Source: Coleofasciculus sp. B1-GNL1-01 (lineage in GTDB: Bacteria > Cyanobacteriota > Cyanobacteriia > Cyanobacteriales > Coleofasciculaceae). Taken from it: 64,000 nucleotides of DNA. The notes under the pieces were generated by a model that was not told the origin of the DNA, made no database searches, and was given only the letters and a program-made list of their open reading frames with translations. How positions within the stretch are numbered: position 1 is the first letter of the stretch; each line of letters opens with the position of its first letter. A program made the translations under genes and the position numbers. The stretch lies in the NCBI GenBank assembly GCA_040220235.1, contig JAVJTO010000060.1; one strand, 5' to 3'. Shown one piece after another: positions 59,985-64,000 of the stretch.

Positions 59985-60770
59985 ATGAGCTTATTGTCAA
60001 CTCGCCGACTATCTCTGGCGTATGATGGAACACCTGTGATCACGAACCTCGACCTGGCAATTCCTGTCGGGAAGATTACGGCTTTAGTTGGACCAAACGG
60101 CTGTGGCAAATCAACCCTGTTGCGGGGACTGGCGAGGTTGCTCAAGCCTTGTGCAGGTACAGTTTACCTAGACGGAACTGATATTTTCCAGCGCTCAACA
60201 AAAGCTGTGGCGAAGCGACTGGGAATTCTCCCCCAAAGTCCAGTAGCTCCGGAGGGGTTGACGGTTCGAGATTTGGTCGCTCAGGGTCGTTATCCTTACC
60301 AAAACTGGTTGCAGCAATGGTCAAAAGAGGATGAAATCCTGGTGGAGAAGGCGCTTTTCATTACCGGGATAACCCAACTGGCAGACCGAGTATTGGATAC
60401 GCTTTCTGGTGGACAACGGCAACGAGCTTGGATTGCTATGGCACTAGCTCAGGATACGGAGATTCTGCTATTGGATGAACCGACAACGTTCTTAGACTTG
60501 GCGCATCAAGTCGAGGTATTGGATTTGTTGTATGAGTTGAATCAGAGCGAAGGACGGACGATTGTTATGGTACTGCACGACCTGAATCAGGCGTGTCGCT
60601 ACGCCAATCATCTGGTTGCCGTGCGGCAGGGTCAAGTTTATACCAAAGGAGAGCCAATGCAAGTGGTGACGGAGGCGATGGTGCGTGAAGTGTTTGGTTT
60701 GGAGTGTCGGATTGTGCCTGACCCGGTAGCGGGGACACCAATGTGTGTACCAATGGGTCGCTGGGTGTAA
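59985..60770 (+). CDS. Fe-siderophore ABC transporter ATPase (FecE/FhuC family)
   Basis: [38 protein letters not shown]. Confidence 0.93.
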   Translation: MSLLSTRRLSLAYDGTPVITNLDLAIPVGKITALVGPNGCGKSTLLRGLARLLKPCAGTVYLDGTDIFQRSTKAVAKRLGILPQSPVAPEGLTVRDLVAQGRYPYQNWLQQWSKEDEILVEKALFITGITQLADRVLDTLSGGQRQRAWIAMALAQDTEILLLDEPTTFLDLAHQVEVLDLLYELNQSEGRTIVMVLHDLNQACRYANHLVAVRQGQVYTKGEPMQVVTEAMVREVFGLECRIVPDPVAGTPMCVPMGRWV

Positions 60771-60907
60771 GTAGGTGGACACAATAGTGGAGATCGTCAT
60801 TTGTCATTCGTCATTTGTAAGGCTTTGTGGTTACTTTATCAAAATAATAACTGCATAGGTTCCCAGACTTCAGAGATATAAAGGATTATGCTCCTTCCTA
60901 CATAGTC

Positions 60908-60936
60908 CCCTCAGGCAATATCTGAGGGTTTTTTTT
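60908..60936 (+). terminator. Rho-independent terminator-like hairpin
   Basis: CCCTCAG-gcaatat-CTGAGGG followed by a T run. Confidence 0.7.
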
Positions 60937-61012
60937 GACTTTTCACCTTTTTTTCACAATTGTTCGATACATTTAATCATAGTTGTTACCCTGATGTGGA
61001 AGTGATTACCCA

Positions 61013-61043
61013 CCCCCTGCTGACATGGCGGGGGTCTTTTTTT
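61013..61043 (+). terminator. Second terminator-like hairpin
   Basis: CCCCCTGC-loop-GCGGGGG followed by TCTTTTTTT. Confidence 0.6.
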
Positions 61044-61140
61044 GTCTATTTTTTGTGAATGTTGGTCGGTGCGCCGAACATCAGCTTCAAATCTTGATTT
61101 ACACTCTTTATAGGGAAAAAGCAATGACCAAGGACAATTA

Positions 61141-62010
61141 ATGAGTTCAACACTTCAGCGTCAAATTCAGCAGTTTTACGACGCCTCCTCCGGACTGTGG
61201 GAACAGGTTTGGGGCGAACACATGCACCATGGTTATTATGGTTCGCTGGGTCGTGAGAAAAAAGGTCGGCGTCAGGCGCAAATTGATTTAATTGACGAAC
61301 TGCTGAATTGGGGTGATGTGCAGCACGCCGAGAACATCTTAGATGTGGGGTGTGGGATTGGCGGGAGTTCTCTGGACTTAGCCCAACGGTTTGGTGCTAA
61401 AGTACAAGGGATTACCCTGAGTCCCGTCCAAGCGGCGAGAGGAACAGAACGGGCAAAGGAGACAGGGTTAGAGACGGCGGTGGAGTTTCAGGTGGCTGAC
61501 GCCTTGGATATGCCGTTTGCGGATAACTGTTTTGATTTTATCTGGTCGTTAGAAAGTGGGGAACATCTACCCGATAAGCAGAAATTTCTGGCAGAATGCT
61601 ACCGGGTTCTGAAACCAGGGGGGACATTTCTGATGGCGACATGGTGTCATCGTCCGATTACACCAGCCACGGGAGAGTTAACGGCAGATGAAAAGCAGCA
61701 TTTAGAGCAAATTTACCAGGTTTACTGTTTACCTTATGTGATTTCATTGCCAGAGTACGCTGCAATTGCCCGTGAGTTATCTTTTGCGGATATTCGCACC
61801 GATGATTGGTCAGATGCAGTCGCACCGTTTTGGGATATTGTCATTGATTCAGCCTTTGAACCCCAAGCGTTAATCGGTTTACTCAGAAGTGGTTGGGGTA
61901 CAGTGCAAGCGGCGCTATCGTTGGGGTTAATGAGTCGGGGGTATCGGCGGGGTTTGATTCGGTTTGGTGTACTCTCTGCTCAGAAACCGTCAGCTATAAC
62001 GTTGTATTAA
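61141..62010 (+). CDS. SAM-dependent methyltransferase, gamma-tocopherol methyltransferase-like
   Basis: FYDASSGLWEQVWGEHMHHGYY, ILDVGCGIGGS, WSLESGEH, ATWCHR. Confidence 0.85.
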   Translation: MSSTLQRQIQQFYDASSGLWEQVWGEHMHHGYYGSLGREKKGRRQAQIDLIDELLNWGDVQHAENILDVGCGIGGSSLDLAQRFGAKVQGITLSPVQAARGTERAKETGLETAVEFQVADALDMPFADNCFDFIWSLESGEHLPDKQKFLAECYRVLKPGGTFLMATWCHRPITPATGELTADEKQHLEQIYQVYCLPYVISLPEYAAIARELSFADIRTDDWSDAVAPFWDIVIDSAFEPQALIGLLRSGWGTVQAALSLGLMSRGYRRGLIRFGVLSAQKPSAITLY

Positions 62011-62056
62011 CCTATCCCGGTGGCGAGGAGGTGCGGAATAGGTTTTTCGGAACGGT

Positions 62057-62494
62057 TCAACTATGATGGTGATACGCCCCAATTTCGGGTTGAAAGGGAG
62101 CGATTTCTGGCTTCACATCCACGCCTAACTGATTCAGCATCGCCTGTAAAACGGAGTCAGGTGACAAGCGTAAATAGTGGGGAGTGACTTCCAAGGGAAC
62201 GTGGCGATTACCAAGGTGATAAGCGGCTCGCAGTAAACTTAGGGGATGGGGAGAGGTAACGGTTAAAACAGGTTCGGGTTTCGCCGCAATCTGCACCACT
62301 ATCTCACCTGTCTCAGATTGGAGTAAATCCCCATCATTGAGAATTGTCCCTCTCGGTAAACGCAGATACAAACCCTGACCCTCTGGGGTTTCAAAGCGGT
62401 AGCGTGTCCGGGTGCGTTCCTCGGCGGTGAGGGAAAGTGTAAAATTAGCGGAGAGTTTTGTCGCTGAGTTCAAGCGTTGCGTCAACGTCAGCAT
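62057..62494 (-). CDS. ureE: Urease accessory protein UreE
   Basis: [32 protein letters not shown]. Confidence 0.92.
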   Translation of the reverse strand: MLTLTQRLNSATKLSANFTLSLTAEERTRTRYRFETPEGQGLYLRLPRGTILNDGDLLQSETGEIVVQIAAKPEPVLTVTSPHPLSLLRAAYHLGNRHVPLEVTPHYLRLSPDSVLQAMLNQLGVDVKPEIAPFQPEIGAYHHHS

Positions 62495-62526
62495 AAGTTG
62501 CCCAATCTGTCAAGCTAAAGTGCAAG

Positions 62527-63018
62527 CTAAAGTGACCGTTTCAGGCGAATCAGTTGATTCTGAATTTGCCGTTGTAAATCGGGGTCTAATTGAGCTGTAT
62601 TAGTAATGGCGTTAAATTGAGCCATGTTGAACCCCTGACTTTCGCCAATTTCTTTGGCTTTATTGCAGTAGTTGACGGCAATTCCTTGGACATCAGAGGG
62701 GAGTTCTTTGAGGGAATCGGGTTGGGTACAGGTAATATTAGGAATCTGGTCTTGGTTTATCTGTTGCTGAATTTCGCTGAAGGCTATTTGACGGCTATTT
62801 TCGATCGCCAGAAGTGCCTTGGCGTAATTTCTGATTTCCTCTTCGGTGATGGTTTCGGCTGGCAATGGGGAGATAGGCGGACTTGCCTCTGGAGTGGAGT
62901 TAGAGGAACATCCAGAGAGAATGAGGGCGAGTGCAGTTACACAACTCGTCCAGGAAATCCTATAGGTTCGCGATCGCGCCTGTATGGGCATGGAATCCGA
63001 TTCAAGTAGCAACGGCAA
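62527..63018 (-). CDS. DUF4168-like protein, possible lipoprotein
   Basis: LSGC lipobox-like motif; EEIRNYAKALLAIE...YCN...FNAIT...LQRQIQ; paralogous to the next gene. Confidence 0.65.
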   Translation of the reverse strand: MPLLLESDSMPIQARSRTYRISWTSCVTALALILSGCSSNSTPEASPPISPLPAETITEEEIRNYAKALLAIENSRQIAFSEIQQQINQDQIPNITCTQPDSLKELPSDVQGIAVNYCNKAKEIGESQGFNMAQFNAITNTAQLDPDLQRQIQNQLIRLKRSL

Positions 63019-63142
63019 AGTGTAGCTCTATTTTGACAGGTTTTGACCGTTTTGAACTCAGGAACTTAGTAAAACTCAGGGTTCTTGCTTATATCTTATA
63101 TCTAGAGTTCCTTACCGAGCATTATTGTACCACAAGAGGGGC

Positions 63143-63631
63143 TTATCGTTGGCTCGATTCTTGCTGTCTTTGTAATGCATCTTGAATCCGCTGTCGTAAA
63201 TTACTGTCTTTTTCCGCCAGACGTGTAATTTGATTGAATCGGGAGGGGGTTAAATAATTATTCACCAGCGCTAACGCTTGGTTACAATAAGTATTGGCAA
63301 TTTTTCGCGCTTCCTGAGACGGCAGTTGATTGATGGTTTCTGCTCGATGACACTGGATATCAGGAATGTTGCCATTTACGATTTTTTTAATTTCGTTATA
63401 GGCAACTTGGCGCAAGGGTTCCATGGCTAAAACGGCTCTAGCATAGTTGCTAACCTCCGCCTCGCTAACAGCTTGTTGAGCATAGACAGCACGGCTGAAG
63501 TCCAAACTTAGGGACTGTCGCGACAGTTCGGGAATGAACCCAGACAGTAAACCTAAGCTGGTTAGTGCAGCTACAATGAGTGGACGAGAGAACCGAGGCA
63601 AATGAGGGTGATTACAGTAGGACGTGATCAT
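63143..63631 (-). CDS. DUF4168-like exported protein
   Basis: Signal-like N-terminus ending VYAQ; EVSNYARAVLAME...YCN...FNQIT...LRQRIQ. Confidence 0.65.
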   Translation of the reverse strand: MITSYCNHPHLPRFSRPLIVAALTSLGLLSGFIPELSRQSLSLDFSRAVYAQQAVSEAEVSNYARAVLAMEPLRQVAYNEIKKIVNGNIPDIQCHRAETINQLPSQEARKIANTYCNQALALVNNYLTPSRFNQITRLAEKDSNLRQRIQDALQRQQESSQR

Positions 63632-63717
63632 AGCGATCGCAAATAATTAAACAGTACACAACAAAACCCAGAGTGGGCTTGTTTTTCCTGAACTATTTTA
63701 GGGGATAGAAGTTCCGC

Positions 63718-64000
63718 TGTCGGGTGTTGGGTGTCGGGTGTTGGGTGTTGGGTGTTGGGTGTTGGGTGTTGGGAAGCTGGGGGAGATGGGGAAGCTGGGG
63801 AAGCTGGGGAAGCTGGGGAAGATGGGGAAGCTGGGGAAGCTGGGGAAGCTGGGAGACAAAATTTCTATTGCCTATTGCCTATTGCCTATTGCCTATTGCC
63901 TATTGCCTATTGCCTATTGCCTATTGCCTATTGCCTATTGCCTATTGCCTATTGCCTATTGCCTATTGCCTATTGCCTATTGCCTATTGCCTATTGCCTA
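63718..64000 (+). repeat. Compound simple-repeat tract: (GGGTGTT)n, (GGGGAAGCT)n, (CTATTGC)n
   Basis: 7-mer at about 63718-63773, 9-mer at about 63771-63855, 7-mer from 63865 to the window end. Confidence 0.95.

Noticed and set aside
59779..59988. 69-aa Cys/Pro-rich ORF (CPLPIAH repeats)
   Set aside because: It is a translation of the heptamer repeat with a non-ATG start.
54642..60770. Absence of TonB-dependent receptor, periplasmic binding protein, MbtH and terminal TE
   Set aside because: The cluster is cut at the left edge, so absence cannot be claimed.
61141..63631. Methyltransferase, ureE and DUF4168-like pair as cluster tailoring genes
   Set aside because: They lie beyond the terminators and look like common cyanobacterial core genes.
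63718..64000. Repeat tracts as a CRISPR array
   Set aside because: Contiguous 7-9 bp units with no unique spacers and no cas genes; ordinary cyanobacterial short tandem repeats.

Overview
Cyanobacterial DNA, judged from frequent HIP1 GCGATCGC octamers and heptamer/nonamer short tandem repeats typical of filamentous taxa. Bases 1-47.7 kb are one minus-strand hybrid NRPS/PKS operon that runs off the left edge. In transcription order: FAAL-ACP-C-A(Ser)-T; stand-alone TauD-like dioxygenase; KS-AT-KR*-T-E; sulfotransferase; C-A(Gly)-T-C-TauD; I-A(Asp)-T-E; stand-alone C; diaminobutyrate aminotransferase; half-C-A(Dab)-T; KS-AT-KR-ACP; C-A(beta-Ala-type, interrupted by a whole PLP decarboxylase)-T; C-A(Lys/Arg-like)-T-E-C-TauD; and a partial interface-domain NRPS. 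At 48-61 kb are a frameshifted fhuF-like reductase, an MFS exporter, a PvdQ-like acylase, a type II thioesterase, exbBD, tonB, a MORN protein and a FecCDE-type ABC importer, with four Fur-box-like operators. Together this reads as an iron-regulated beta-hydroxyaspartate (lipo)peptide siderophore system. The most unusual element is a PLP-dependent decarboxylase inserted in frame inside an adenylation domain that carries a beta-alanine-type code. Housekeeping genes (tocopherol methyltransferase-like, ureE, two DUF4168-like) and simple repeats close the window. All domain and substrate calls were read by eye from motifs; no database searches were run.
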